Assembly: GCA_040222015.1 (NCBI GenBank) | Contig: JAVJWO010000165.1 | Span: 1-64,000, forward strand | DNA: 64,000 nt | Direction of reading: 5' to 3' | From: Coleofasciculus chthonoplastes F2-STO-03 | GTDB lineage: Bacteria > Cyanobacteriota > Cyanobacteriia > Cyanobacteriales > Coleofasciculaceae | In this document: in pieces, positions 31,726 through 43,183 of the stretch | Numbering within the stretch: position 1 is the first letter of the stretch | How the letters are laid out: every line of letters begins with the position of its first letter | Notes under the pieces: model-generated | The model's input: the letters and a program-made list of their open reading frames with translations, nothing else | Database searches by the model: none | Told to the model about the DNA's origin: nothing | Translations under genes and position numbers: made by a program

Positions 31726-32691
31726 TTATCGCTGAATTTGAGCGAAGATTTCGTCTAATATCTCTTGCGCCCCTTGCTGACGTAATAGTTGAGCCAGTTC
31801 CACCCCTAAAGCTTCCGCCTCAGTCGCCTCCCCGGTCACGGTATCTTTAATTAAGCTTGTTCCATCTAAACGGGCAACCATACCTGTAAGGATTAGGCTA
31901 TTCCCTTTAATCTCTGTATTTACGCCAATGGGGACTTGACAACCGCCTTCGAGTTCTCGTAAAAATGCCCGTTCTGCATAACACCGTTGTGCGGTTGGGG
32001 AATGTTCAATGGCTTTGAGTACATCCAAGATTTCTGGATCATCCCCCCGACATTCTATGCCCAACGCCCCTTGTCCAACGGCATGGAGGGAAATCTCCGA
32101 GGGTATAACTTGGTGGATGCGATCGCTCATATCCAATCGTTTTAACCCAGCGGCGGCTAAAATCAAAGCGTCAAACTCTCCAGCATCCAGTTTTCCGAGT
32201 CGGGTATTCAGATTTCCGCGAATATCTTTAAACGTGAAATGGGGGAAGTGGTAGCGCAATTGTGCCAAACGCCGCAGGGATGAGGTGCCAATTACCGCAC
32301 CTTCGGGAAGCGTATCCAGTTGCTTACCTTGGTGCTTAGCGTGAACCACCAATGCGTCAGCGGGGTTTTCGCGTTCCGTCACACACCCCAAGACTAATCC
32401 TTCTGGTAACGCGGTGGGCAAATCCTTGAGGGAATGCACCGCTAAATCAATCTCCTGATTCAGCATCCCTACTTCCAATTCCTTGGTAAAGAGTCCCTTA
32501 TCACCAATCTTGGAGAGTGCCACATCCAAGATTTTATCCCCGTGGGTACTCATCGTCTGGACTTCAAAGTCCCGATCCGGGTAGTGTTTTTTTAGTTGTT
32601 CCTGTACCCAATAGGTTTGCACCAAAGCCAATTGGCTTTTGCGGGAACCGATACGAATCGTGCGAGCAGGACTGGTAACAGTGGAGGACAT
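31726..32691 (-). CDS. hemC: Porphobilinogen deaminase (hydroxymethylbilane synthase)
   Basis: [41 protein letters not shown]. Confidence 0.98.
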   Translation of the reverse strand: MSSTVTSPARTIRIGSRKSQLALVQTYWVQEQLKKHYPDRDFEVQTMSTHGDKILDVALSKIGDKGLFTKELEVGMLNQEIDLAVHSLKDLPTALPEGLVLGCVTERENPADALVVHAKHQGKQLDTLPEGAVIGTSSLRRLAQLRYHFPHFTFKDIRGNLNTRLGKLDAGEFDALILAAAGLKRLDMSDRIHQVIPSEISLHAVGQGALGIECRGDDPEILDVLKAIEHSPTAQRCYAERAFLRELEGGCQVPIGVNTEIKGNSLILTGMVARLDGTSLIKDTVTGEATEAEALGVELAQLLRQQGAQEILDEIFAQIQR

Positions 32692-32857
32692 AGAGCGATC
32701 GCGTCAAACAAATATAAAGAGTCACCTACACTAGACTACCGCAGTTTGGTCATTCGGTCTTTGTCCTTTGTCACTCTTCCCTATTCCCTGTTCCCCTTCC
32801 CCTGTTCCCTTGTCATTACCAATAACGATAAGTTGGTTTTGGTAATCTCAGTATTCG

Positions 32858-33400
32858 TTATACGCTGTTGCGATTTTGCACCGTATTTGCCAAGGGAATC
32901 GGTGAAAGTTGGCGGGTGGTATCCGAAAAATCGATAATGGTCAACGTATCGTGGGGATTAAGTCCCTGGATAAAGCGGCGCATTAATTCCTGACATTTGT
33001 TTAAAGGTTCGCCACTTTGAGAACCAGAAGTGTCAATCAAAAACACTACATCTTTGGGGACGAATTCATCCGGGTTATATTCAATCGCCGGAATCAGATA
33101 AACCGCAAAATGTCCGCCACGATTGTCGGTTTGAGAGAGGACTGTAGTTTGCGTGCGATCGCCTGCGACTTGATAGCGTAAAATTAAGTCCTTATTGGGA
33201 ATGGTATCTCTTCGAGATAGCGTGACTCGTATTCGCTGTTCTTAGCGCTCAATTTGAATCTGGTGTAAGGGAGAATCCACATCTTTAATCTCAACCCCAG
33301 CATCAATATCCACGGTTACATTAATATCATGTCCAGAACCGGTTCCAGGGGGTACAATTGGCGCATTTAAGCGGGACGCATCGGGGACTAAATCGGTGTC
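32858..33400 (-). pseudogene. Fragment of a VIT/vWA domain protein
   Basis: DVVFLIDTSGSQSG MIDAS motif; internal stop at about 33242; truncated at both ends. Confidence 0.75.
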
Positions 33401-33405
33401 TTGAT

Positions 33406-33732
33406 ATAGAGTTAATTGAAACGATCGTGGTTTATAAATTTCCGCAATTGAGTCGGCAGGAGATTGCAGCAATGTTTGGATTGAGTGAGTTGAAGCAGAC
33501 GCGAGTCTATCAGGAAGCGCTGGAGGAAGGAAGGCAACGAGAGGGAGTAGTGCTGGTTCTCCGTTTGCTCAATCGTCGAGTTGGAGTAATGAGTCGAGAA
33601 CTCCAAGCAAAGGTTGAAGCGCTATCGCTGGAGCAAGTAGAGGCATTGGCAGAGGCGTTGTTGGATTTTTCTGGAGTGGAGGAGTTGGTGAGTTGGTTGG
33701 ATAGGCAGGATGAGCATCCTCCAGTGGCTTGA
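33406..33732 (+). pseudogene. C-terminal fragment of an Rpn/DUF4351 family protein
   Basis: IETIVVYKFP...LKQTRVYQEA...LAEALLDF; N-terminus missing. Confidence 0.7.
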
Positions 33733-34035
33733 TAAAATTCTGCCCGGAGTTTAAACTCCGGGCTAATAGCTTAAGTCCACTGAAGTGGACTGAAAACCCT
33801 GGTTGACTGACAAAACTTAACCCCCTCATCCCCCAACCCCTTCTCCCACAAGGGGTGAAGGGGAACCGGAAGAGTTGAAGCTTCTCAAAGTCCCTCTCCC
33901 GCTTTGGGAGAGGGATTTAGGGTGAGGGCAAAGGACTTTTGTCAGTCAATCAACTGAAAACCTTGTCCAGTCCTCTTTAGAGGACTTTTGCTATTAGCCA
34001 GGGAATTGATTCCCTGGCGGATGGGGCTTCACCAT

Positions 34036-36420
34036 CTACATTGGCTTCCAAGTATTCAGGGATTCTCGAATAGAAGTCAAATCACTCAGATACTCATTTA
34101 GTGCGGTTTTTTGATCCTCAAGTTTTGCACGAATGTGATCAGCCTCAGCTTCTTTCGTCTCCCGATCCCTCAGCAAGGTGTCAAGAACCTCTTGACACCT
34201 TTTCATGTATTGGTTGATTTGCTTCTCAGCCATATTGAAGTCTGCTGAAACCTGTACTTGAATCACTCGCTGTAAAAGTTCTCGGCTTCCAGATGCCTGA
34301 TTATTTATCTTCTCCTTGATTACCCGTGCCGTTTCGTGCAAGTCAACTTCGTAGAAGGAGTTTTCCTCTGTAATTTTGACATCAACTTCATATGGCACTT
34401 CTTCTATGTAAAAATCAACAGGCTTGCATAAACTATCACCTACCTTCATTCTGAGTTCTGAGCGATATTTAGTTTCTCTCTTTAACCTCGTATATACCTT
34501 TACTTGATGTTGGATTTGTGCATCTATTCCTTCAAATTAAAAATTAGGAAACTGGATGGTATTAATGTTTAGTTCAACTTGCAATGATTCTCCAAGATAA
34601 CTTGACAATTCATTTGATATTTCTTGGATATCCTTTTGGATCTTTTCTACCAACTCCTCTCGAATTCGTGTTCCTTCTCTGACAAGAGCGTCTTGTGTGT
34701 CTATCCACCAACTCTGAATGTGAGGAGAGCAAAAGTTATTGATAATATTCCCAATTTTTTGGGCTTCTTCACTGTTCTTAACCCTAATTTTGTATGGATC
34801 TAACTTTTCATATTGCTCAAATTCAGGATTATTAAATGATTCGGGTATGGTGTTAATCAGAATATCTAGTAGAGGCGATATTACTTTGAAAGATTTAGCG
34901 AAGCTTTTCCCTACGCCAGGAATATGCTCTAACATAGAACCTGCTATGTTCTTAATATTTCTGAAGAGATTTTTTACACCAAAATCATCATTACTCTGTA
35001 TGATTTCTCCAGATATGGGTATAACTTCAGACTTTGGGCGCTTAGAATCTCTGGCATCAGCAATTTTCTTAATCTCATCATCAATTTTTAACTTAGCACC
35101 CTCAGCAAAAGCACTGATTCCTTGGCTAAACCCCCTAATTAATATCTGTTTTTGTTCTTCTACAGAGTCTTCTACAGTCTTAACCTTCCTTTTAGCAGAT
35201 TCAGAGCGCTGCCTAAACTCTTCTACCTTTTGTTTGAGAGCTTCCAGTTCCATCTCCCAACCTCGGATTTGTGTATTGAGAGTATCTTCTATTGCTTTTG
35301 CCGCTTTATCAAGTTTTGCTAAAACATCATTCAAAAGATTCCATCCCGAATTTTGAATGATAGTTTGAATAACTGTATCCTCAACAGTAGGGATTCCACT
35401 ATCTTTTAAAGCTTGTGGTGCAATCTTTCGAGGCGCAGGAGTAACGAGATCGCCTTCCTCATTCTCTGTAGCATACTTGGCACTAAAGAACCTTTTGAAG
35501 TCCTTTAGCTGGCTCTCTGCTGCTGTACTTTGCTGAATTAGCTTCGCCAATAACCCTTGCCATGCACTTACAGGGTAGACATTTGGTTCTGGAATGCCAA
35601 AGCTGATCAACGTTTCCTTTAAATCTTTAATTACATCAGCAATTTCTCGATCCCTCTCTGACTTCCGGTCAACTTTGTTGAGGATAAAGTAAATTTTTCC
35701 GGTGTTCTCTGCCAGAAACTCTCCACGCTGTTCTATTAAATCTTGCAGCAACTCTGAATTAGTGTTGTCTTTAAACGAAGAGTAATCCAAAACAAACAAA
35801 ATTGCATTACAAGTGCGTAGAGCTTCTAATGCCGTCTGTTTCAGTGCAACTGTATTGAATCCAGTAGACTGCCATTCATTTGGTCCCGGTGTATCAACTA
35901 AGGTGAAGCCTGCCAGAGATGAGTATTTACTGATTGCCTCAATGGGATGCCACAGTTCAAAACGTGTGGTGTTGTCAGAGTTATTATTCTCTCGAATTTC
36001 ACGGGTACGATTAAGAAAATCTTGCCGAATCTTTCCACTGTCACCCTTAGCAATTAGAATGGGCTTCCTTTGTCCCTGTCGATACTCCAAAAGATTGGGT
36101 ACTTGTCCAGCTTCCAACAGGCGGACATCGGTACGGCAAACGGTACAGGCTTCTGATTCACTCGCTAAAATATCCGCACCAATCATGGCATTTAGGAAGG
36201 TACTCTTACCTGCCTTCATTGCAGCAATCACGGCGACTTGATACTTTTGAGCTTGCAAAGCCTCCAGAGCTTTGTTGAGTTCATCCTCAATACTGTGCAA
36301 TCCCTCGCTATTATTTCCCTCACTGCGGCGTCCCTCTTCAATCTCTCGAAGGTACTGCAAAAGCCGCGTACCAGTGCTATGGATGCTTTCGTATGTCGCT
36401 TGGAACTGCTCAGAAGACAT
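34036..36420 (-). pseudogene. Dynamin-family GTPase with one in-frame TAA at 34537-34539
   Basis: AMKAGKST (G1), LVDTPG (G3), LNKVD (G4), coiled coils; frame continues past the stop into the 34036-34449 ORF. Confidence 0.8.
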
Positions 36421-36447
36421 TCTGTAATGACCTTTCCGCGAAAGTAG

Positions 36448-36684
36448 CTAACTTAGCAACAGTCTAGCTGAACAAAACAAAATTGAAACTCCTAGCTCGC
36501 GAGCCAAAGCAACTGCCCGATCCACTCGTGGCAGTTTGACCCCATTTTCCCAGTCGTAAATCTGGCGCTCAGAAACTCCCATACGGTTTCCTAGTTCAGC
36601 TCGGGTAAGTCCCGCAGCTTCTCTGAATAGTCTTAATTGAGATTTCCCTTCGTTTGAATCAGTCATAGCGGAACTAAAATTCAT
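36448..36684 (-). CDS. XRE-family HTH regulator
   Basis: LRLFREAAGLTRAELG...VSERQIYDWENG. Confidence 0.85.
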   Translation of the reverse strand: MNFSSAMTDSNEGKSQLRLFREAAGLTRAELGNRMGVSERQIYDWENGVKLPRVDRAVALARELGVSILFCSARLLLS

Positions 36685-36731
36685 GAACTTTAGCTCTTGA
36701 CAAGGACAAGCAACCGGAGCTAAAGTTCATG
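36682..36731. promoter_or_regulatory. 15-bp perfect inverted repeat upstream of the XRE gene (candidate operator)
   Basis: CATGAACTTTAGCTC - 20 nt - GAGCTAAAGTTCATG. Confidence 0.55.
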
Positions 36732-37250
36732 TTGTGAACAGGATATAAAGACCAGTAGGTTTATTTCTGGTTTATCAAAAACATCCGTTGGTTGCTCTGA
36801 ACGATAAACAAAGACTGACTGTTCCTCTGGATCAATGAGCCATCCCATCTGGCTATCGTACTTTAAACAGTGCAGAATATTCTTAGTAACTTTTGTCTGG
36901 CTTTGGTCTGGGGAGAGAATTTCAATCGTCCAGTCAGGCGCGATCGCAAAAACATTCGCTACCTTACCATTCTCCTGACGTGGAATCCGCTCCCAAGTAA
37001 ACACACCAATATCAGCCACAATTGAGCGTCCGCCAAATGTACACCGAAGTTCCGAAAACGCCCGGGCAATCCGCTTTGATCTGAGGGCGGCGTTAATGGC
37101 GGGGGCTAACTCAGTTTGAATGGCGCTGTGTTCTCCTTGAGGCATGGGTTTTTGGATAATTTTCCCGTCAATATACTCGCTCGCAGGTTCTGTTTCTGGC
37201 TGTTCGAGAAACTCTTCTAATGTCAGGATTTGAGTCGGTGTTTGTACCAT
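36720..37250 (-). CDS. Uma2 family endonuclease, probably 3'-truncated
   Basis: EYIDG, PDWTIEILSP, GWLIDP; atypical C-terminus. Confidence 0.8.
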   Translation of the reverse strand: MVQTPTQILTLEEFLEQPETEPASEYIDGKIIQKPMPQGEHSAIQTELAPAINAALRSKRIARAFSELRCTFGGRSIVADIGVFTWERIPRQENGKVANVFAIAPDWTIEILSPDQSQTKVTKNILHCLKYDSQMGWLIDPEEQSVFVYRSEQPTDVFDKPEINLLVFISCSQHEL

Positions 37251-37286
37251 TGATTTACCTTTACCAGCAGACATTCATACGGTTTT

Positions 37287-37392
37287 TATAGCAATAGACA
37301 CATCGATTAGGACGTTCGGCACCATTGTAGAGACGCGCCATGGCGCGTCTCTACATAAATGATGTGTCCTAACAGCCATGGCGGTTGCTATA
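37287..37392. mobile_element. MITE with TATAGCAA/TTGCTATA ends
   Basis: Terminal inverted repeats; partial second copy at 6568. Confidence 0.7.
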
Positions 37393-38055
37393 CTTGCTAT
37401 TGTATTAAGCTTAGGACTTACCTAAAGCATCACTGTAGGGGCGCATGGCGTGCGCCCATAAAATGTGATGCAAATCTATTCCACAATTTTAGCTGTGTCA
37501 GTCCAGTAGCGTAAGCTGTTCGGCATTTAAACCTTAATATCAATAATGGCGAAATCATTGCAGTGCGTTAAGCGAAGCCATGCCGCAGGCTTTGCATCTT
37601 GCTCGCTACTATAGCAGGTAGCTCTGGTGTATTTACAACTTCCATACCTGAAGCTGATTCCAGATGAAAAGTTCGTACAAACAAAGTGTAACTAGACCAG
37701 CGCGAAGCGCTATAATACCCAATTTAAATGCATGACAGCTTAACGCACCTTTACCACGATATGTGGTGTAGCTAATAATAGGGCACGATAGTATCGTGTC
37801 CCTACGAAGCTCTCCAATATAACTTGACATTAGTAACACACGATGATCACTTTCAGGAAATTCAAAACCGACTAACTGTTGCTTGGTGAGTTGTGCGATC
37901 GCGCTGTTCCCTCTTCATTACCAATAACGATAGGAATAAAAGACTATGAGCGATGAAGGTTACGTTAAGTATCAATGGCAGTGAAGGGTGAATTGTAGGG
38001 GCGGGTTTAGCCGTTAAAACTCGCTTAAGAGCCAATAACTGATCAACAAAACCCG

Positions 38056-38260
38056 CCCTTATTCAGATAGGGATGGGTTTAGCCACTAATATCGTTGTAA
38101 GTTAGGTAAACCACAGGACACTTAACAGGATTTAGGGCTTTAGCCCTAACTACGAACCTGCCCTTATTCAGGTAGGGATTGGTTTAGCCACTAATATGTT
38201 GTAAGTTAGGTAAACCATAGGACACTTAACAGAATTTAGGGCTCGCATCCCTAACTACGA
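38056..38260. repeat. About 100-bp direct repeat, two copies
   Basis: CCCTTATTCAG...CCCTAACTACGAA at 38056 and 38161. Confidence 0.75.
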
Positions 38261-38402
38261 AACGAACTTGCATAAGTCTTACCCGCTGGGAAATATGTGG
38301 TAGTAGACTCTACTCACCACGGATTTACTACCCATACAGCAGCTTTCTTTGGTGAGTGCGATTGGTCTTGAGAAAATCAAAGCTGCTGTTCTGGAAAAGA
38401 CA

Positions 38403-39461
38403 ATGAACAGTTCTATAAAAATTGTACAGTATATCAAACCATCTCATTTATTTCTCGCTGCTTATGGGATGTCGATATCTCTCACGATTTGGGCAATCCA
38501 ATCCGATTCCTACACTGTCTTTATTGCCTTGGTTTGCGTCATCGCCTCCATTATTGGTGCAAATTTAGCCCATCGTTGGGTGATGCAGGGCGTTACCTTG
38601 GATACCATCGATAAAGCGCTGAAACATCATCAGCGACTGGTGTATATTATTCTATTTGGGATGGGTGCGATCGCGACGAGTTTGGCTTCACTTATTCTGC
38701 TACAAGGTGTCAAGGTTACAGACTTAACCATTTTTGCCACAAATCTGCTATTACCCCACTGGATTCCGACAATTATTTTACTTTATATTGCAGAATATCT
38801 AAACCTTTTTATCCTCGGATTAGGATGTTTTGCTTTAGGATTGGTTGTGTTTTTCGTGGGATTTGGTCGAGGAATCTCTCAACCTCTACCTTTATTAATG
38901 GCTACCGTTATCGGAATGATACTACCATTAGCCATATTTAGCCATTACTTACTCCCCGTCACAGGGATGCTAGGCGAACCTTTTGTGGTTGAGGGCGTGG
39001 TGCTACAAACCACTTCTCATACCTGCGCCCCGGCTAGCATTGCGACTCTGGCTCGTTGGGTAGGCTTAGACCCCAGTTTATCAGAGCGAGATGTGGTTCA
39101 ACTCACCCATACGAGTCGATTGGGAACCACGGCTTTAGCCGAAATTCGGGCAATGCGCCAGTTAGGACTCGCGCCAAAGTACCAACGTCAGTTAACTATA
39201 GCTGATTTAATTACCACGAATCAACCGGCTGTTCTCAGTGTCAATGAAGATGTAGATGGCGTCATCTTTTTACATGCTGTTGTCCTATTATCTATCAATC
39301 CAGAATCACAAACTGTAACAATTGGCAACCCTCTCTATGGGCGTCAGGTGAAAACTTTTGACCATATTAACGGATATTGGACAGGTGATGCTGTATTTGT
39401 CAACAATCCCAAAGCCCAAAAATTGCATAACCCCAACTCGGCTAGAGATATACCGCAGTAG
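38403..39461 (+). CDS. Membrane protein with C-terminal C39-like cysteine peptidase domain
   Basis: QTTSHTCAPASIA, FLHAVV, IGNP; about 6 N-terminal TM helices. Confidence 0.75.
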   Translation: MNSSIKIVQYIKPSHLFLAAYGMSISLTIWAIQSDSYTVFIALVCVIASIIGANLAHRWVMQGVTLDTIDKALKHHQRLVYIILFGMGAIATSLASLILLQGVKVTDLTIFATNLLLPHWIPTIILLYIAEYLNLFILGLGCFALGLVVFFVGFGRGISQPLPLLMATVIGMILPLAIFSHYLLPVTGMLGEPFVVEGVVLQTTSHTCAPASIATLARWVGLDPSLSERDVVQLTHTSRLGTTALAEIRAMRQLGLAPKYQRQLTIADLITTNQPAVLSVNEDVDGVIFLHAVVLLSINPESQTVTIGNPLYGRQVKTFDHINGYWTGDAVFVNNPKAQKLHNPNSARDIPQ

Positions 39462-39733
39462 ACTCCACTCGCCACGGATTTACTACCCCATACAGCAGCT
39501 TTCTTTGGTGAGTGCGATCGCACCCTATAGCCATCCTATTCGAGTTGGGAGTTAGATTCCCCACAAGTCGGGATTCTCAGCCTGACGAATCCGGGTTAAT
39601 TCCTATAGGTAAACCACTCAAATTTTGCGCCATTATGTACTAATGTAACAGAGAGTGGGCAAGAAATCCAAAGGTTGAAACGCTTCCAATTTTTGGGTTC
39701 AAAACAATCAAAGCTGCTGTTGTTGAAACAACG

Positions 39734-40723
39734 ATGAACAGTCTACTCAAACTTCCGCTTAAACCGCAGATCACATTGCCTCAACTTTTCCTCGCGGCTT
39801 ATATCCTAGGGGTTTCCCTAACCCTTTGGGCAATGCGATCGCACTATCTCATCCTATTTATTACCCTGTTTTGCCTGATTCCTCTCAGTAGCGGTGCAAT
39901 TGTGGGAAATCGTTTAGCCGCCCAAGCCACTCTCTCTAACAACCCAAAGAATTACCGCCGCAAGATTAATCGCATATTTCTCGCGATCGCGACAACTGCA
40001 ACGGTTATTATTCTCGGTGTACAGTTCAATATTTATCGCTTTCTACCCTTAATTGTTCGCTTATATCTCGGTGCTTATCATAAGCCCATTATCCTGGCGT
40101 TGGGATGCTTAACGTTAGGGCTAGTCGTATCAATTGAGTTGTCTGGACAACGTTCTCGCCGACGGTTACGTCTGCTGCTGGGAGTCGTCGTGGGAATAAT
40201 GCTACCGTTGGTGATTATTCTGTATTACACATTACCCATAACTGGGATGGCAAGTGAACCGTTAGTCATTGAAGGAGTTGTTCTCCAAACCACATCTCAC
40301 ACTTGCGCCCCAGCCAGTATCGCTACACTAGCCCGATTGGTGGGATTAGATCCAAATTTATCGGAACGGGATGTGGTTAAACTCACCCATACGACGCGAA
40401 AAGGAACTTACTCATTAGGTTCAATTCGGGCAATGGAAAAGCTGGGTTTAGCGCCGAACTATCAAAGGGGTTTAACAATTGATGATTTAATTGCGGCGGA
40501 TCAACCGGCTGTACTGACAGTCAAAGAACCTGTAGATGGCGTAATATTTAACCATGCCGTCGCCCTGTTATCGGTTGATGCCAAAGCGCAAACGGTAACC
40601 ATTGGGAATCCGCTTTATGGGCGTCAAGTCCTGACATTTGATCAGATGAAAGACTATTGGATAGGTCAAGCTATATTTGTTACCTATCCACCCACGCTAA
40701 AACACGTAGACTTGAGTGAGTAG
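39734..40723 (+). CDS. Paralogous membrane C39-like peptidase
   Basis: Same QTTSHTCAPASIA / FNHAVA / IGNP motifs. Confidence 0.75.
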   Translation: MNSLLKLPLKPQITLPQLFLAAYILGVSLTLWAMRSHYLILFITLFCLIPLSSGAIVGNRLAAQATLSNNPKNYRRKINRIFLAIATTATVIILGVQFNIYRFLPLIVRLYLGAYHKPIILALGCLTLGLVVSIELSGQRSRRRLRLLLGVVVGIMLPLVIILYYTLPITGMASEPLVIEGVVLQTTSHTCAPASIATLARLVGLDPNLSERDVVKLTHTTRKGTYSLGSIRAMEKLGLAPNYQRGLTIDDLIAADQPAVLTVKEPVDGVIFNHAVALLSVDAKAQTVTIGNPLYGRQVLTFDQMKDYWIGQAIFVTYPPTLKHVDLSE

Positions 40724-41020
40724 TGAGTAGGTTGGGTTTCGACTTCGCTCAACCTAACAGAGTATAGCTAACTTGTGTTGGGTCTCACTCCAAAGACCCA
40801 ACCTACCTCTGGATCAGAATGGTAGTCGGGTTGAACCGAATTAAGCTATAAATCAAGACCTTACGTTTGGCGTCTACCATAACTTAAACTATCTTAACTA
40901 TCTGCTTGAGACTAAACCGATTCAACTTCCAATTGATCGAGCAGTTCCCTAATCTCAACCGTTAACTTTAATGTCCACCCACTTAGTACGGTAAACACAT
41001 TCCCTTGATTAAGTTGCTAG

Positions 41021-41040
41021 AAAAGAATTATTATCAATTA
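41021..41040. promoter_or_regulatory. Candidate Fur-family box
   Basis: AAAAGAATTATTATCAATTA (reverse complement contains TTGATAATAATTCT) upstream of a metal-related cluster. Confidence 0.35.
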
Positions 41041-41063
41041 ATGATTGTCACGAGCCGTCGCTA

Positions 41064-42056
41064 ATGAAAAATCCACATCTAGGATCAAACATGAAACCAT
41101 GGACTCGCCGCCAGATACTGAAGGGGGGATTAATCGGCGCTGGAGTGACGAGTGCCGCGATCGCAGGACAAACCTGGATACGACGTTCCACCTCTAGAGT
41201 ACGCATTCCTGAGAGTCCAGAGACAACACCGGATCAGTTTAACCCCATGTCTGTGTTGCGAGACTTTGACTCTGGCACGATTAAACAGGAAAATGGGCGC
41301 ACCATTCGTGAATTTGAGATTGTTGCTAAAAATTCTTCTCTACAACTCAATAGTGCTGTGTCCTTCGTAAGCTGGAACTTTAACGATCGCGTTCCCGGAC
41401 CCACTTTACGCGCCACCGAGGGCGATCGCATCCGGGTTATTTTCCGGAATCAAGGCGGACATTCCCACAGTATGCATTTTCATGGCACTCACCCGTCGGA
41501 AATGGATGGGGTGAAACCGATACGCCATGGTCAGGAAACGATTTACGAATTTGAGGCTAAACCCTCTGGTGTCCACCTCTATCATTGCCACATTGCCCCT
41601 GTGACCCGCCATATCAGCAAAGGACTTTATGGCATGTTCATTGTAGATCCTCGCCAAAAACGCCCTCCCGCTGATGAGATGGTTCTGGTGATGGGTGGAT
41701 ATGATATCAATAATGATAATCAGAATGAACTCTACGCCTTTAATGGTATCCCTGACTACTATTTAGACCATCCCATCCCGATCTATCAAAACCAACTCGT
41801 GCGTCTGTATCTGCTGAATATGATTGAGTTTGATCCGGCGGCGACGTTTCATATTCATGCCAATCTGTTCCAGGTTTATCCCACCGGGCGCACTCTTACC
41901 CCTACCCTGGAAACGGATGTAATTACCCTGGGAACGGCGGAACGGCATATTTTGGAATTTTCCTACCCCTACCCCGGTGAGTATATGTTCCATCCCCACC
42001 AAGATGCGATCGCGGAAAATGGCTGCATGGGCAAGTTTGATGTGATTCCCCTGTGA
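41064..42056 (+). CDS. Two-domain multicopper oxidase with Tat signal
   Basis: TRRQILK; HSMHFHG, YHCH, FHIH, FHPH copper ligands. Confidence 0.9.
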   Translation: MKNPHLGSNMKPWTRRQILKGGLIGAGVTSAAIAGQTWIRRSTSRVRIPESPETTPDQFNPMSVLRDFDSGTIKQENGRTIREFEIVAKNSSLQLNSAVSFVSWNFNDRVPGPTLRATEGDRIRVIFRNQGGHSHSMHFHGTHPSEMDGVKPIRHGQETIYEFEAKPSGVHLYHCHIAPVTRHISKGLYGMFIVDPRQKRPPADEMVLVMGGYDINNDNQNELYAFNGIPDYYLDHPIPIYQNQLVRLYLLNMIEFDPAATFHIHANLFQVYPTGRTLTPTLETDVITLGTAERHILEFSYPYPGEYMFHPHQDAIAENGCMGKFDVIPL

Positions 42057-42149
42057 GCCATATTTCTTTTTTCCTCAGTTATTGCAAAATACTGTCAATA
42101 GCTGTAGACTAAGAACCGTTCACTCAGTTATTGCTAAAAATTCTTAACA

Positions 42150-42965
42150 ATGTCATCGGTTCGTTTTTTATCCCTCACGGGTGCAGCCGCGACTCTAATT
42201 GCCCTGACAAGCTGTGGCAACCCACAAACCTCTACTCCTGCCACGCCAGAGGCTAACGGTTCACCCGCAACGACTAGCCAAACTACGGCGTCACTATCCA
42301 CCGCCACGGATCAGCAGCCGGATGTTGACTACATGACCACGTTAGGCTTAATGAAAGGGCATCTGTTGGTGGCAAAGGAACTCCTCGATCAAGGAAAACC
42401 TGACCAAGCGGAACCCCATATCGGTCACCCGATTGAAGAACTCTATGCGGATGTAGAAACTCAGTTACCTAAACGCAATGCTAAAGACTTCAAACCCACG
42501 TTAACGACATTGCATGATTTCGTTAAATCTAAACCCAATGCGCCGAAGATAACCACAGAATATAAGGCGGCGATGCAAGGGATTGATCAAGCAATTGAGG
42601 CTTTACCCGCTTCTGTGCGTCAGTCTCCCGACTTTATCCTTAGTGTCATTAACCGAATGCTGAGTACCGCCGAGGAAGAGTATAGCGCCGCGATCGCGAA
42701 TGGCAAAATTGTGGAGACGATTGAATACCAAGATACGCGGGGATTTATCCTCTATGCCAACAGTCTTTATCAAAACATTGCGGATCAGGTGAGTCAAGAC
42801 TATCCTGATGCGGCTCAAACTCTCGAATCCAGCCTAAATGAACTCCAGAACGCTGTACCCAGTGCAACTCCTCCAACAACTCCTGTGAAGACACCAGAGG
42901 AGGTATCAACCCTCACTCAAACGATTCAACAAACCAGTCAAACTATCACCCCCTCCCCATCTTAA
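42150..42965 (+). CDS. Lipoprotein, possibly metal-binding
   Basis: LTSC lipobox; KGHL, HIGHPIEELY, EYQD motifs. Confidence 0.7.
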   Translation: MSSVRFLSLTGAAATLIALTSCGNPQTSTPATPEANGSPATTSQTTASLSTATDQQPDVDYMTTLGLMKGHLLVAKELLDQGKPDQAEPHIGHPIEELYADVETQLPKRNAKDFKPTLTTLHDFVKSKPNAPKITTEYKAAMQGIDQAIEALPASVRQSPDFILSVINRMLSTAEEEYSAAIANGKIVETIEYQDTRGFILYANSLYQNIADQVSQDYPDAAQTLESSLNELQNAVPSATPPTTPVKTPEEVSTLTQTIQQTSQTITPSPS

Positions 42966-43183
42966 GTAGAATGTCACGGACTGGTATGCTGGTGGGCAAT
43001 GCCCACCCTACGGTCTCTCAAGGGTTTGGATATAAAGCTAACGATATTAAGTTAGGGAAATAGCTCTCCAACCCTGACATAAGACGAATGACGTAGCTTG
43101 CTTCTTTTCGGGAAGCGAGTATGACGAATGACGAATGACGAATGACAAATGACGAATGACGATTAAAGAATAGGTGTGAGGAT

